Below, piece after piece: positions 37,601 through 51,500 of a DNA stretch of 64,000 bases. Under the pieces are notes generated by a model. It did no database searches. It was given only the letters and a program-made list of their open reading frames with translations, and had not been told where the DNA came from. The translations under genes and the position numbers were made by a program. This DNA comes from Phoronis australis (taxonomy: Eukaryota; Animalia; Phoronida). The DNA lies in the NCBI GenBank assembly GCA_002633005.1, contig NMRA01000022.1, positions 1,294,518-1,358,517 on the forward strand, written 5' to 3'. Numbering within the stretch: the first letter of the stretch is position 1; every line of letters begins with the position of its first letter.

Positions 37601-40600
37601 CTTCTTCACAGGCCGGGAATTAACAGAGCCCACTCCAGATTAATTTTCTGAATAGTATTCACGCATATAACAAAACGTGTCTATAAGATCTAGCTGACAT
37701 GTACGCGTATCTGTTACTACAGACATGTAGGTGTATCTTTGTCACTTCTGGCATGCTTGCCCATTAGCTACTGCTAAACAGAACTTTCAAACTTTTTTGC
37801 ATTTTAGATGCTACATGTACCAAGGATGAGCTCCAATAAAATTTTATGTGAGTTGTACGTAGGTGAGCTCACAGACACTTCAGCGAAAGGTGAATGTTTC
37901 GCATGTATCTTATTATAGCGTTTACTACTAAAACGGCCGTCACTGGAAAGATTGGTTGGTTACTAAGGCTAATACTGGACCAGTCTACGTCAGAATATTC
38001 GCGGTTTTTGTTGCATAATCGAATTTCTTGCCGAATTACATGTACATGTAAGTGTCTCTCGAATGTCGCGCATTACGGAACGCAACTCAGTAAGTATCAA
38101 AGCGACAATAAAGCTGCACTCCGCGCAAGGAACCAGATTTTGATTGAGAGCTCTTACCGCTATGAAGTTAACTTTAACTTACTCCTTACTCAAATGAGAA
38201 GTCGTTTTTAATCTTGCAAAGAATTGACAAATCGTTGTTCACCAAATCCATGCTTGCGTCACGCTGTGACAAGTCAACTTGCACAGCTTGATCTCAAGCA
38301 ATGATCTGGCGGTTCTTTCCGAGTCTAGAAATTACACCTAGTTAGACTAAAGAACAATTTGTGACGAATTTCATAAATGTACCTTAAAACTAATTTTTGT
38401 GACCGCAAGTGGGTTTATACCCAGACGCGTAAGTGACACGATTATCATTGATGTTTTTCGTCCGCATACAATCGTGAAGATTTTGCGAGATTATCTTAGC
38501 AGGTCATTTCTCGTGTCATTCAAAACAATGAATCCCATTTATTTATTTATTAAATAATTTTTGCTCAATTTAATTTTCATAGGAAGCATTTCCATAAAAT
38601 ACTTTGTAAATTTCTGAGCAAAAATTTGCGACTCCAAAAAATCAAGAAAATTTCTCGATTTTGGAAATAGTATTTCAGTCTAGTAAGCGTCTTTTATAAT
38701 TTTGCTTGCTGTCCTTTGCATTTTTCTCTACAAACATGCAAAATTAGTAAATTTTAATTGACAAACCAGTTCGACTAATGGCTCTTAAATCTCCCCTTAC
38801 ATTTCACTTACCAAGCGCTGTATCCGGAGTAAACTGGACACATCCAGTATGAAGAAAATCTATAAGTTTCTTGAAAACGCTCGACTCAAATTCGTCTATT
38901 TCAATGCATTGCTTCGACGTGTCATCGTTAGGGCAAGTCTTTCTCCAGCAACGTTTTAGACCCGACCCTGTCTTCTTTTTTGGTGTCGACTGTACTTGAG
39001 TTAACAATTTATAAAAAGACCTGTAAGAATAGAGCAAGTTGTCGTGAAGCGAGAAAATCATGGTCTAGATTCGACACGGATCATCAACCCCATGACTGTT
39101 AAAGCTGCGTTTCACGTTTAGATGTCAATGTTTAATCCTTAACCGAAACGTTTTGGGGCTTGAAAACATAAAACAAGCTCATCCGATCTCCAAATAATGC
39201 CGGACGAGCAGGCAACGCCAAGATACAAACAATCTTTAAATGCGTAATTTTCTAATCGGCTGACTGTAGAGCCCCCGATGGTTTCTATATTCTTGTCGGT
39301 AATGTAAATCCTATCGCAGTAAAGGATATTATAAGACCATTTTTATAATAGTAGAAGCCCTAATTTGATTTTCGTTCTTAGGCAGCCAATCGAGGTAAAA
39401 TGCAGCTTAAAAATATACGTCTATAACTTTCTTTCCTGCAAATCAAACAAGAGCTATGCTCCATCAACTCGCAAGGAAAACCAGTGATCACGTGCTTCGA
39501 TTGTAGTTTATTGTGACACCTTGCAGTCTTGGTTGACCTTGCGTTTTCGCGAGACCACTGCGTGTACATGTATGGAACGCAGACAGACCAGCAGGGTAGA
39601 GCAGGGGGGGCTGCAGGAGAGGGACGTCATCGCAGTATATTCTATTTTCCCATATTGTGCCCTTCACTTAACTTATTTCCATCCTCCCCCGCACCCGCCA
39701 CCCCCGAGATTACTCCGATTCAACTCGGGCGACCAACCTCACATTTCCTCAAACAAAACACTCCCACTTGCAAGATCACGTTTTCCTTTCGGAAACTAAC
39801 GCCATTGTTTATACTACTCAAAAATTATCAAGACTCTTGTTTTTATTCGGGGACAAACAACAACGACTTGACCGAGTTAACATCAGAGATAGGTGAACAA
39901 TCAAACTTTCTTGTTGTGCCAAACAACAATACCCGCATCCGCTCGATGACTTTGCTCTTTTCATCACGTTGGCGTATGTCAAGGGTGAATGGGGTAGAAA
40001 GCAGAGGGGGGTCTCAATCAGGTGGCAATCGATCAATCCAACAATAAGGATCTATCGGAAAAATTCTCCACTCCGGTGTATAAATAGGGAAACACGTGAA
40101 TGAGTACAATTGACGTCTTTTGCTCTAAGGGACTTTCACAGCGTGAGGTAAAACCACATCAGATCGACCGAAGGAGTAAATACTGAAATGATTTTTACTA
40201 TAGACAGCAAAAATCGCTATTAAATAGAGTTGCGTGTTTGCATAAGCTTGCACAATGACAAAACCCTCAGTTTATTAGCTACAACTTCAATTTAAACCGA
40301 AACAGTCACCGAATTTACTTTAATTGAGGACTTATACAAATATCGAAAGCATTGATTTCCTTCCGTCGCAGTCTTTAGTTATCCTTTGATTCGGTTATTT
40401 AAGTCTTCAAATCCATTTTCACACGTCTGCGCGAAATCACACAAAATCATTGAAGCGTAGTTTTGTTTTCCAAATTTAGCAAGTTATGATGTTTACTCTA
40501 ATTGCTTTGCAGCACGTTTCGCTTTTCCTAAACTATCGTCAGTGATATGTGTAAATAGTGTAAATATCAAAAAGTTTTCACCGCAACTGAGTTTTTTTTA

Positions 40601-41455
40601 TTGACGATACATCTAAAAGCTGACATTACATGGATATTTGCTTCATCAATTTTTGGTGTATTCTCCGCTATGTCACATTGTCATTTCGAGTTGACAGGGA
40701 CAATTTAGCAAGACACGCTTGTGAATTCATTAAAATCGTGTTTTTGCGCTAATTGCGACTGATGCATAAAACCATTAAACTTACCGATTTCTTGTGGCCA
40801 AGATACCTTTGACTCCGTACACGGGTGTTTTCGAAGATCCCACAAGAAAAGTAATGTCGCAAAGTTCTGGCATGTCGGTCAATGCTCTGAGATCATTACT
40901 GACGCTATCTTTCCTCTCAAATTTGTCCTCTGTGGGATAACTGTATCTGGTGTCGTTCTCTGCTGGAGTCTCGCAAGAGTGCTCGTGCACTATGTGTTCA
41001 TGTCGCCCCTGTTGTTTCGCGCCTGTCTTGTCACCATCAGGAACCATTTTAATTACTTTGGAGTCAGGGCTCCAGTTGTTAGACATAAATTCGTGCGTAT
41101 CGTCAAAGTCGCTCGACAACATGTTTCTGGAATTCATTTTTGGAAGATTTTCATACACATCATCTTGTACACCATTCCGGTGAATTATTCCAGAACTGGT
41201 GCTCGCCTGTACATACACCGCGAGTGATTTGCCGACAGGTCGCAAGTCAATACAAGAGTTGTTGCTCACATTATTCGTCTCTTCAACCCGTCGCTCGAAC
41301 TTTTCCGTTTGTTTTGTAATTTCATACAAATTTCCAACTGAATAGCAATGCCTTGAAATTCCATTGCCGTCTAGTTTCATATCATGCATGGTTTTCTTCA
41401 CGGAGTTTAACTCGGTCGCCATTGACGTGTATTTCATAAGATTGCCAAATGACAT
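33977..41455 (-). CDS. BTB/POZ-BACK protein, serine-enriched protein (Drosophila gprs)-like, 568 aa, 4 exons
   Basis: Exons 41455-40785, 39020-38812, 35018-34861 and 34645-33977 have GT-AG boundaries and compatible phases, and total 1707 nt. BTB motif LTDMPELCDITFLVGSSKTPVYGVKGILATRNRSFYKLL...FKKLIDFLHTG...GLLNAAEHY, then BACK. The first in-frame ATG is 41455, with an in-frame stop upstream. Confidence 0.85.
34861..35018 (-). CDS. BTB-BACK gene exon 3
   Basis: tttacag|ga ctt...caa aag|gtatgt; LLNAAEHYG...FIMQK. Confidence 0.85.
35381..36651. repeat. 635-bp direct duplication split by an N (35381-36015 / 36017-36651), probable assembly artefact
   Basis: Near-identical copies (2 substitutions seen), junction exactly at N 36016. 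Confidence 0.9.
38812..39020 (-). CDS. BTB-BACK gene exon 2
   Basis: ttacag|g tct ttt...gcg ctt g|gtaagt; SFYKLL...DFLHTGCV. Confidence 0.85.
40785..41455 (-). CDS. BTB-BACK gene exon 1
   Basis: MSFGNL...LATRNR, donor cg|gtaagt. Confidence 0.8.
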
Positions 41456-41882
41456 AACGCTGTCAGTGGATATCTTCTTCACGAAACTTCAAAACATTCA
41501 TCAAGGCTTTGAGGAGTTTAAGACGCTCGACGCGTGACTAGTACTCGGAGCTCCCGTTAGCAACTGTGAAAGAAAGGAGCATGCAGACTATATACGTAGG
41601 CAGCCGCGGACCGCGCTTTGTATTGGCAGCGCTCTGGTCAATCGATTTTGATCAGGAAAGAAAATTGGTTCTAAAGTCTACCTCAGAAAACTCAGCTATT
41701 GTTAAATTTTTCGATTGATTTCACCAACTTCTATCATTGATGACTAGGTTTTATTAAGGAACCTGGTTCAAAAGAATTCGACAATTTTGAATAGATCAGA
41801 CAATTAACTTTATAATTTGAGCTACACGTTGTACATGTGCTCTCTATTGCAGTACATGGACGCGTTTCGTTTCCCTGGCTAA

Positions 41883-42213
41883 GGCCAAAAAAGCAATTGT
41901 TTTTTTTTTTGGAAAATCGAGTCGGTTATGCGGTACATTTTCAGAAGCTAACTTTTTCAAAAAATGAAAATAAAGTTGATACGAGGAAAATTGGTCCGGG
42001 ATTTGTTTCTTTTTTCTTCATCGGTTGGCAAATCAATGCGTTTCAAACTTTGCTTGCCCTTGCTATTCGAGTTGTGCAGCTTTGAAAAAAAAAATAACGA
42101 GACCTGGGCTGAAATTAATACGAGCTGGTGTTTTGTCTTTTTATTTTTGTCGGTGAGCACAGCTCTCAAAATGAAACGGGGTAAAGACGAGAACCAACTT
42201 TGCTTTTTTGGTC
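41883..42213. mobile_element. Zator-like MITE
   Basis: TAA TSD (41880-41882, 42214-42216). TIR ggccaaaaaagcaa...ttgcttttttggtc. Confidence 0.65.
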
Positions 42214-43789
42214 TAACACTCCAAATCCGGTGTTTTTTATACATATAGGCCCATACCCTTATGCTGCATTGATAGGCACAGATGCCCCTTGGATATGAGC
42301 GTGCCGGTCGTAAACTGCATGTTTCCCTAAATCGTTCCACTGTTTTTTGCTGTTTTCGTTTAAACATTTAACGTTAGAACAAAGTAACATATAAATTGAG
42401 TTCCGCCCATATACATATTCAAAAAGGCGCACTTGCTTTCGTTCAAGTGTTTTGCAAGTAGGATCCAAAAATATAATATGAAATCGGGGATATAACATTC
42501 TTTTCTGAAATCTCTGTAAGTAAAGGTGTGTTTTTCCATATCTTTTGCTAAATGTCTGACAGTATGCCCTAGGTTGATGCGTCAACGGTACCCAGGCCTG
42601 GCTGATGTGGCTTACATAAACGTGTGTTGATCGTCTTTGTTCTAGGAGAAAATTAATAGACATTTTCTTTCTTTTTTCTTATGCCAAACCAGTTCACATA
42701 AAAATGCAGTTTCGTGTTCGTGTGAATCAATAACTTGGTTACAAAGAAATGAAAATATCTTGACGTATACTGTCTGTGCTTCATAAAAGACCATGTTGGC
42801 AACAACAATATTGCGATAACCACATGGAGTTATGCCACGTTTACCTTTTACCTACGTAAAGTATTGCCTACAGCGGTTTTCAATTGTAAGAGGTGTGGTC
42901 TGTTTAATTAACATCGTTTTTCGACTCCCTGTCTTCTGCAAACATCCCATGAGTTATGTTTTGTTGTGTAGAATAAACACCCTCCTGAAGCGTCTAGCGT
43001 CCACCTATCATCAAAGAGAAGATCGATCAAAATTATTAACATTTCGTTAGATCGATGTTCTTCCTCAATCGAGTGTAATGTTATGTCCAAACTATTTGTT
43101 TAATACCATGGAGTGATGTTTCGACCTCCCGTTGATCTCTGCCCCTGGGTCAATCTCAAGGTCATGGGCGGCGCAGCACAGAAATAAGTGGGGTGGCTAC
43201 AGCCCCCCACCCCATTATGGTGCCCCGCCCATGGGTGTGAAGCTCCCACGGAGAGTAGATAGCCAGTTCTTTCTAACTTGAATATCGCGTTGCCGAGATG
43301 AATTGTCGTCATTGTGTGAATGAAGTGTAGAACAATAATTGAAATGATTTTGATTTTATATATGGCAAAATATGTTTTCGGTGGTATTTTTCTCACAAGT
43401 TCTCTTGGTAACGAAATGCAATACTTTTTTGGCAAAAAGTATACCAACACAAATTAAAGTAAACCAAAGACAGTTCTATCGTACACGTTATATCAAATTT
43501 ATTATATTGGGCACATGTTGATGTGAAACACCAGTTATGTGTGCTAAAGTGACTGGAATTGTGGCGGGAAACGTACGTAATGTCAAATGTAGTGTCAGTT
43601 CCTGTTGTGTCCGTTCGTCCAACGTGTCAATTTTAGGAGCGTAAAGGGCCAATGCGTTTTTCGTTTATAGCCAGCTTAACAGGTCGAAGTGCTACTTTAA
43701 TCGATTGACTTTCTTGCCAGAGTCTCAAAATAAAAAATTGCATGTCCTTGTTTCACGTGCCAATTGTGAGATTATAGAGACATGCATGT

Positions 43790-43847
<58 letters not shown>

Positions 43848-43850
43848 ACA
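43790..43850. repeat. (CA)n microsatellite
   Basis: Direct reading. Confidence 0.95.
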
Positions 43851-45199
43851 GCGCTCTAGGACATGCAAACACTACAAAGACGCTTTCAAAAATTAGCCAA
43901 ATCCAATTTGACTACCCGCCAACTGGCTGAACTGTTAACTTACATCATTCACGCAATTTGGGAGGCCTTGCTACTACCAGAGAATTGTGGTTTTTAACAT
44001 AATGTAGGAAGTTGGCGGTAGCCTCGAAGATTTTGAAAGGTACACACATTCACTCAAAGAAATGGAAGTATTTTTGACGAAAAAACTCCGCTCACGTGTA
44101 GGTCTGACGTCAGAATTCACCGCTTGACTGACTGAAAAAAGATCTCAGTTTCCATACCGTAATGAGTTGCAGGATCCCTTCTGCAGAGATTTCATATCAT
44201 CCGGCTCACTTCAATGATTTGTACTCCAGTGTGAGTCGGCGGAGGCGCGGAGTAAAATGTTTTAAAGGCTTTTTGATGTTCATTGTTGTAAATCAACTCT
44301 ACGAAAACGTTTGTAGTTCATCAATTTTTTGCCCTTTTGTGGCATACCTCTTGTAATCTCTTCCGCCTCAGTGTAAAACGTGGAAAGGCTCTGGGTGGTT
44401 TTTTAAGTGAATTCATACACACTGGAATTAGGATTCTAATGGAATATAGCATCGATTGTTCAACAATTCTTACACTACCGAACTAATTTTAGACTAACCC
44501 GGCCGCCGATCACTGAGGGTCACTTGACACACAGGTTCTCAAACCTTGTGACAAATCATTGGTCACGTTGTTATTTTTGGTCCATTTTTACTAATTAGAG
44601 ACTGTTGGGGCGGGGGCCATTTAAGGTGTGTGGTTTCGTGTGCCACTTCACTGAAACATTTTTGTTTTTAGGTCGCTGACAAAGTCAGTTTTAATTGGGT
44701 GCTCTGCATTGTCCTTATATTAGAATCTGGATGAAATGGATATCAGTTATACAAAGACAGTCATAACCATGAAGGCGACGGTCAGTATGCGATGCAATTT
44801 TTATGAGCCGGTTCACCCGATTTAAGGGACTACAGTGCGCCAATGAAAATCTTCATGCGCCAATGATACAGGGTGCGGTCCTAAAATTGTTCCTGCTAGT
44901 TTAGCTATGTAATATCAGCTTGAATCAGATTTATTTTATGTTTATTTTGTATTTTATATATATTTATATCGGGTCACTGTAGTCGTTTTTAGGCTGCCTT
45001 TTAAATGCGATCCAGACACCCAAATTAAAGTATATTCCTCTTTTCTATTAAAAGCAAAGAAAAATATTTGTTAAAAAGTTTCGCTTTGGCAAGATTGGCA
45101 ATTTTATGTAGCTTCAGACTCGGTAGCTTCCACATTCAAATCGTCGCGCCGTCTCGTTAATCCAACAAAAATAGTACCACTAAAGGCAAAATAGACGAA

Positions 45200-45218
45200 C
45201 ATGGCAACATTTGATTGG
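45200..45218 (-). promoter_or_regulatory. ER stress response element (ERSE)-like site upstream of PDIA4
   Basis: Minus strand CCAAT-caaatgttg-CCATG = CCAAT-N9-CCAcG with one mismatch, ~240 nt before the ATG. Confidence 0.5.
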
Positions 45219-45454
45219 TCAATAGCAACTGGGTTAATATTAATTCGCAAAGATTTTCTAACAACTTGCAACTCCACAAAAAGGACAGTTTGTATACTGT
45301 CATCACAAAAATTGTAATTAGACTTTTTTACTATACGTAATTAATAGCTTATGCTTTTAAATTTAGCAATCTTGGAACATAAACACTGACCTACTTTCTA
45401 TTATGGATGTAATCGCTTTATCATTTGGTGGTGAGACTCCCAAACCTCAACAAC

Positions 45455-45557
45455 ATGGTTTGCCGGTCGGCAGTCATAATTTGTTTTCTAGTATTCTTTT
45501 GCGTCTGTTATGCTGATGATGAGAGTGCTAAACCTAGTGAACCAAAAGCTGAAGAAC
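45455..45557 (+). CDS. PDIA4: PDIA4 exon 1 (signal peptide)
   Basis: caacATGg; [34 protein letters not shown], donor c|gtaagt. Confidence 0.8.
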
Positions 45558-48500
45558 GTAAGTGTAAAATATGTTTTTCTTATTTTTTGTATAGTTAAAC
45601 ATTTGCAAATCTTGTCCAGAGGTTGAGCAGCCGAGTTCTCTTTCCGACTTTCGCTCGGACTTTTCTTGACTAATCAATCGAACCCTCCCTTGCCATGGCC
45701 CTTTATATTTGTGGATTCACGTCCTGGATGCCTAGGTTGGATTCTTGGAGTGGAAACTACTGAAGTTCAACGACAAGCACTCCTCCAGCTCGAAGCAAAT
45801 ATTGGCGAAGTTCGGCAGCCAAAATTGTCCAACTCTGTGTCACAGCGCCACCTATAGAGGGAAAGTATCCCAGCAAAAGTTGGAATTCCTAAATCGTGTA
45901 TGCGGGGAAATAAATGAATCATTAATGCAGTCATGTGAAAATTTTTGTTCACTGTGAGGATTTCTCTAATTATTGGTTCCATGATCACCCATTTTCTCCT
46001 TCAAAGGAACTTTTGTCACAGAATCGCAGGAATATGAGAGTGGTTTTCAGGCCAGGCAGTCTTGTTGGGGGAGGGCCAAACGCCGTGGGACAGTGCAGAG
46101 CATTATTGAGGGGGGGGGGGGGNCAAGGGGATGTGTGGCGCGTGAAATTGACGATCGGGGGAGACGATAGCAGCTGCATGACTGAAGTACTTTAATATCT
46201 TCAGTGAATGTTTATGAAAATGTAAACCACTTGTTATACGTTAAAAGAAACAAAAAGCGTATAAGCTTTATATCCAACCATCAAAACACCAGTTTGTCCA
46301 GGCACGTTGGAAGGCAAACGTTATTAGGTGGACATTGTATTTGCCCCCGCAACTGTGTCATTAGCACCTAAAAAAATAAAAAGCACATGTACACTGTGGC
46401 AGTGCACCCCCAGGCGCATCTTTTAAGATGCAACACTCTTCCAATTTGCAAGATTCTAGACAACTTACAGCCAGTGTGTTCTTATTCAGCCACAGCTGTA
46501 CAGTCTGTTTGAAGTCCTGTGTCAGATTGCCGTTATGGAATTTTAAATAATTAATATGCAACTGTTACATAACGTGTTCTTATTTCATTTGCCCTTAGGC
46601 TTTCTGTTTCATTAGTTACCATTTTAATTACACTAAGTCTGCTGGGCTCAACTTTTTGAAAAAAACACTTTTTATTATCAGGTGTGCCCAAAGGGTGCAG
46701 GTTCAAACCTGCATGATCAAGAATATGCCTGGTTGATTGGGGCTGAGCGTTTTTTGGTTGTGTTTTTCTTACTGCTCTGTTAGTCAGTGCTATTTGATGT
46801 GGTTTTGCAAGCATGATAATGGCATTGTTTGTTACTGGTGTCACATTTGGCGAGATGAGCAATGGAAAACTGAAATCCCTTCTATGAGTAAACCTCAATC
46901 TCAGGTTGCCAATGGTAATTTCAGCTTGCTAAATGCGAGCCAGTACTCTCCTAATCAGACCCTGCAGTTTCTTGGCAAGTTTTGATTCAGCGAAGTTGTC
47001 ATCATCTCAGAAAAGATGCTCCTAAAATTTAGCAAATTGCACATGTGCATGTGGTGAGTATTGCCACTATTTGAAGTTGGCAATCTGCTTTGCTGTACAT
47101 TTACTGCTGGATTGTGCACACACCCCAGCAGTCCTGCACTCTACATGACCATTGTCGGCCAGATTGTGCACACACCCCCAGCAGTCCAGCACACTACATG
47201 ACGAGGTGACAAGCATAACTACTTGGGCAGTGTGAAGTGTTAATTTACACACATTGGTTGCTAGCTGTATTTTGACGCTAGTCTACGCTCAGTGATGTGG
47301 AGAAGACAGCATGAATTAGTTTATCAAAAGTGCAGAACTTGGTGATGATTCTGACAACCAGAATTGATCCAATCTCCAAACAAACTTTTATGTTATTTGT
47401 AAAATCTCATTTAGCCCTGTATTACCATTCAATATGTTCAAATCATCTTTGACCTTCAAAAGGTCCACCCTTTCGTCTGTGTTGCAAATGACAACGTGTA
47501 ATGGCATTTATGGGGATAATTTTTGGAGCTGGTTGTTGGTGCAAAAATGACATCATTAACGCTTTGTGATTGCTTAACTCGAGTCAATGAGCCCTTTTAA
47601 ATTTGAAGCGAAAAAGCACAAAAACTCAAATGGCCCATGCTGGCCTATCAAATCCGCTCATAGGCTTAAGCCCATAAGGGTCAATTCACCACATCCAAAG
47701 TCTTTCTAAAATGATCCCTTCATTTATGGTGGTCACAAGAATTTTGTAATATTATTACTTGATTACTTGCATTTCATGTTGTTCCTTCAACTTTATGTTG
47801 ATACAAACATTCTCTTTGTCTCCTTATGTACACAACTTTACTTTTGTATAAATCTGATCTTGCTATTACTGTGCAAAATTCTTCATTTTCAAAAATGGTC
47901 AAATCCATAGTACAGAATACATAAACAATGCCTTGCATATTCTGCGTTCAGCTTTAATCATAGTTTGCCGTCACATGATCTCATTCAGTCATCAAGAGAC
48001 TATCACCCTTTCAAATAAAAACTTCATTTCCTGGAACATAATTCTAATTAAGTCTATGAAATGTTCAGTTACGCGCTTAATGTTGAGGAATATTACTGAA
48101 GTCATCGTTTCCAAAGAATGGAACCAGCACATGGTAATAAAAAAACGCCGATCTTGTTGTGCATTAAATCGCCTTCCGTGGTCCCTCTCACAAAATGGAA
48201 GTTTTCAGTCAAATATTTTAATTTCCTGCAAATGAACAAAATAAGAGGACATTGTCTGCTCTTTCCAACTATCTCAAAATCATCATCATTAGAAAACGTA
48301 AAATTGAATTAAGATAACCTTACCAGTAACTCATCAACAACTAAACTGTATGTTCAGGCTGGCAAACAACTGAAAATCAAATCAATAAGTTCCAGGTCTC
48401 CAAGTCTATAGAATGACTAAAACTTGCTATTTTTGTTGAGGCTTCTCTTTTTTGAAACTACAGCTACATCGAAGTACGGTTGTATGTCGTTTTAGGTACA

Positions 48501-51500
48501 ACCATCGATCTATTGTAGGCCTACTTAGATTTAGGTCTGACTACATATCAATGAACTCGTGAAATTGCAATTTCACTAGAAAGATTTTGTTCTTTTTTAC
48601 TGGCAAATTAAGGATGCATTTCAAGTCACTAGGCCGACGACCTGTTCAGGATCCAAGAGTTTTGAAACGATCTTCGTAATGCTTGTGATACTTAGGTTAT
48701 AGGTGTTTGTAACTTGTTCTCACTTCTGAGGGTCTGAAACACCGGCTAAGAAATGCCACGCAGTGTACTGAACAATTTGTCAACTTAGTCGCTCAATCTC
48801 CGTACAGCGAGCAGACGTTTTTGATTGACCCAGATGTGTTTTAATTGGCAGAGATATAGTTTCACATGTGTATTTGCTGTGATTGATATTGAGACTTAGC
48901 ATTAAATGGTAGCTGTCGGAAAATTCCACATTTGTCCAAATTTGACTTCAAAATTGAGGGGATGTAGTCGGATATAAACGGTAAATATAGACTGTGCCGA
49001 AATAGGGGGTGGTATTACCAATGATATGCCATGTGTCGAAAAAAACATTGAGAACATGTTTACCGGGAAAATACTCGATTGCGCAATTGAGTTACTTCGC
49101 TTGTAAATGTCAAGGCGATCGCGAATGGTTAAAATGGTTGCTAATTATAAAGCTAGGTTGCCAGCTGGGCAATTGCTGAAATTTTGGCGCCTGACTAAAA
49201 ATTTAGTGGCCTCAGGGACTGAGTGACTGTTAAGGTACATGTCTGATGTGCTGTAACTCTGTTAAATATCTTCAAATAAATAAATGAAGTTTTCTTTCTA
49301 TTTTCTTTATTTGAAAAAATTGATAAAACAAAATTTCAATGTTCCGGCATATTGTTTTTTAAATTTAAGAAACTTCACCGCACTGCCACCTGTGTATGAT
49401 AACCTGTTTCTAAGGGATAATCACTACTGCAAGTTAAATTCAAATCTCAAAACCATGGCTATGGAAGCTTTTTACTTATTGAAAATGAGCATTTGTGTTA
49501 TTCTTGTTTGAAGATTGGCATTACGAGGGGCATTTTGCCCCATAGTTCTAAACTTGTTATTGCCAGTTTCAAGTGTCAGATACCTAGGTTTTCCTTTTTC
49601 CGAAAGCAGAGATATTCGTTTAAGCAAACGTTTCTTTATCAATTAAGTCAGTTTTTCTATTTTGAAGTCATCAAGAACATGAAATGTTTTCCTCTGAATT
49701 ATGATGCAGCTCTGTTTTACCAATAACTTCCTACATAAAAGTAACCACATGAAACATCTGCTGCAAATCCATAATTGATTAGTGATCCAAATATGATGGC
49801 TTGATATTCTTAGTTTTTTTGGTACTTGAAAACCAGAAATATTAGGATTATGAAATCTGTTGCTGAGATATGGAAATTCTGAAATATCTAATATGAAAGA
49901 GTTGAGAGTCCGTGAATTTTGTTTGTTTACCATTAGCACGGAAAAGCAGGGTCTCTACAGCCTACTTTGCATAGAATTCAGAAGGCTTGTACTTGAAATC
50001 ATAAGAAGTTTAAATTTTTGGTATGAATCTGTGAGCCTGCATAAAATAGATAGTTTTTAAAATAGCATAAGACTATAAAAACTAAATATGAATAAAGATT
50101 GTGTTGGGGTACATACCTAATTACTTCGCACAAATTCTGTGAGCACTTGACTCGGCGTAAATTAATCTGCAAGAGTTTGGATTTTACAGGCTGTGGTTGT
50201 CGGACATCTGTATTATTTCACCACAGTGTTTGTTTTATTGAATTTTAAAACTTGGGTCTCTTCAAAATAACTAATTAGTTTTCATTTGCTTAATTGGTTT
50301 GATGTTCCTATTAAAGCTGCCGACCCTGTTGAAGAAACAGAAACTGCTCCAAAAAAGAATGACGAACCAGTTTTAGTTCTGGGGGAGGACAACTTCGATG
50401 AAGCAATTAAAAACAACCCAACGATCTTAGTGGAGTTTTATGCCCCATGGTATGTATATAATTGTTTGGGTGACTACATCTTTCAACACAGGAAGTCATC
50501 AAAATGGACAGGCTGTGTTGTTTTTACAAGCTGTTATTCAGTGAAAGAAATTGTTGTAAAAATCTATGTGGAAATTTTCCTATTATGGAAAAAATACTGT
50601 CTAATAAAAAAGTAAAAAATTTGCTTTTTGGGGCGAATTAAAATTACTCAGATATTAATTTAAATGAGATCATTCCAAATTTAGGGCATCAGTGTTATTT
50701 TACTATTACTGTTTAAATACGATAACAATAAGGGTTCAATCAGAACATATCCTTGTATCCTCCTTCAGGTGTGGTCACTGCAAATCCCTGGAGCCTGAAT
50801 ACAACAAAGCTGGCATGATACTCCAAGGCTCCGACCCCCCAGCAGTCCTGGCCAAGGTTGATGCTACTCTACACTCAAACCTAGCCTCAAGGTATACTGG
50901 CAGCTTTTCAACTGGTTCTTTGCTAAGAAAACTCCCACGGAATTCCTTTCACTTGTACACTGTCATTATGGTATGTAGCTGTGACATTGTGGTGGTCTCT
51001 GAGTGATGAAAATACAGCACAAATAAAAATTAATTTAGTGAAATGGTCCAGAATTTTCTGTCATGAGGATTAGGTGTGGGTGGAATTATGGATGTCAAAT
51101 GAGTTCTACCAGACTGCCAGGTAGAGATTATTTTTGAAGTGTACTGTAACCATGAGACAAGTGTTTGACTTCTTCCATTACCTTTGATGACAAGATGGTT
51201 TTAAGTTGACAAAATTCACTTTATTAATGTGTAAATCATTCTATCAGTTGTGATTAATTTGTGGTGGTTTTGGTTATTGTAGATTTGGTGTAAGTGGGTA
51301 TCCCACCATCAAGCTGTTCAAGAATGGTGAAGCCTCGGACTATGATGGCTCCAGAGACACTGATGGTAAGAGCGGGGTCAGATTTCTACTGTATGATCTT
51401 TGAGAAATAGCTTAAGTCATCAGTACTCTGGTCCTCTTCATTCTGAAGCCTAAATTTTACTCTTCTATACTGAACAAGGCTCAATTTGAGACTACAAGTG

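Noticed and set aside
39529-40047. 172-aa plus-strand ORF in BTB intron 1
   Set aside because: Non-ATG start, no domain and no splice support.
41456-41482. GTG start given by the ORF track for BTB exon 1
   Set aside because: Eukaryotic gene; the first in-frame ATG is at 41455.
43110-43165. Minus-strand ccttgagattgacc...ggtcgaaacatc hammerhead-like remnant
   Set aside because: Core too divergent and stem I absent; interrupted by a tiny catgggcgg MITE.
46902-47087. caggttgcca...tggcaatctg hAT-like MITE
   Set aside because: Short TIR only, with no matching TSD.
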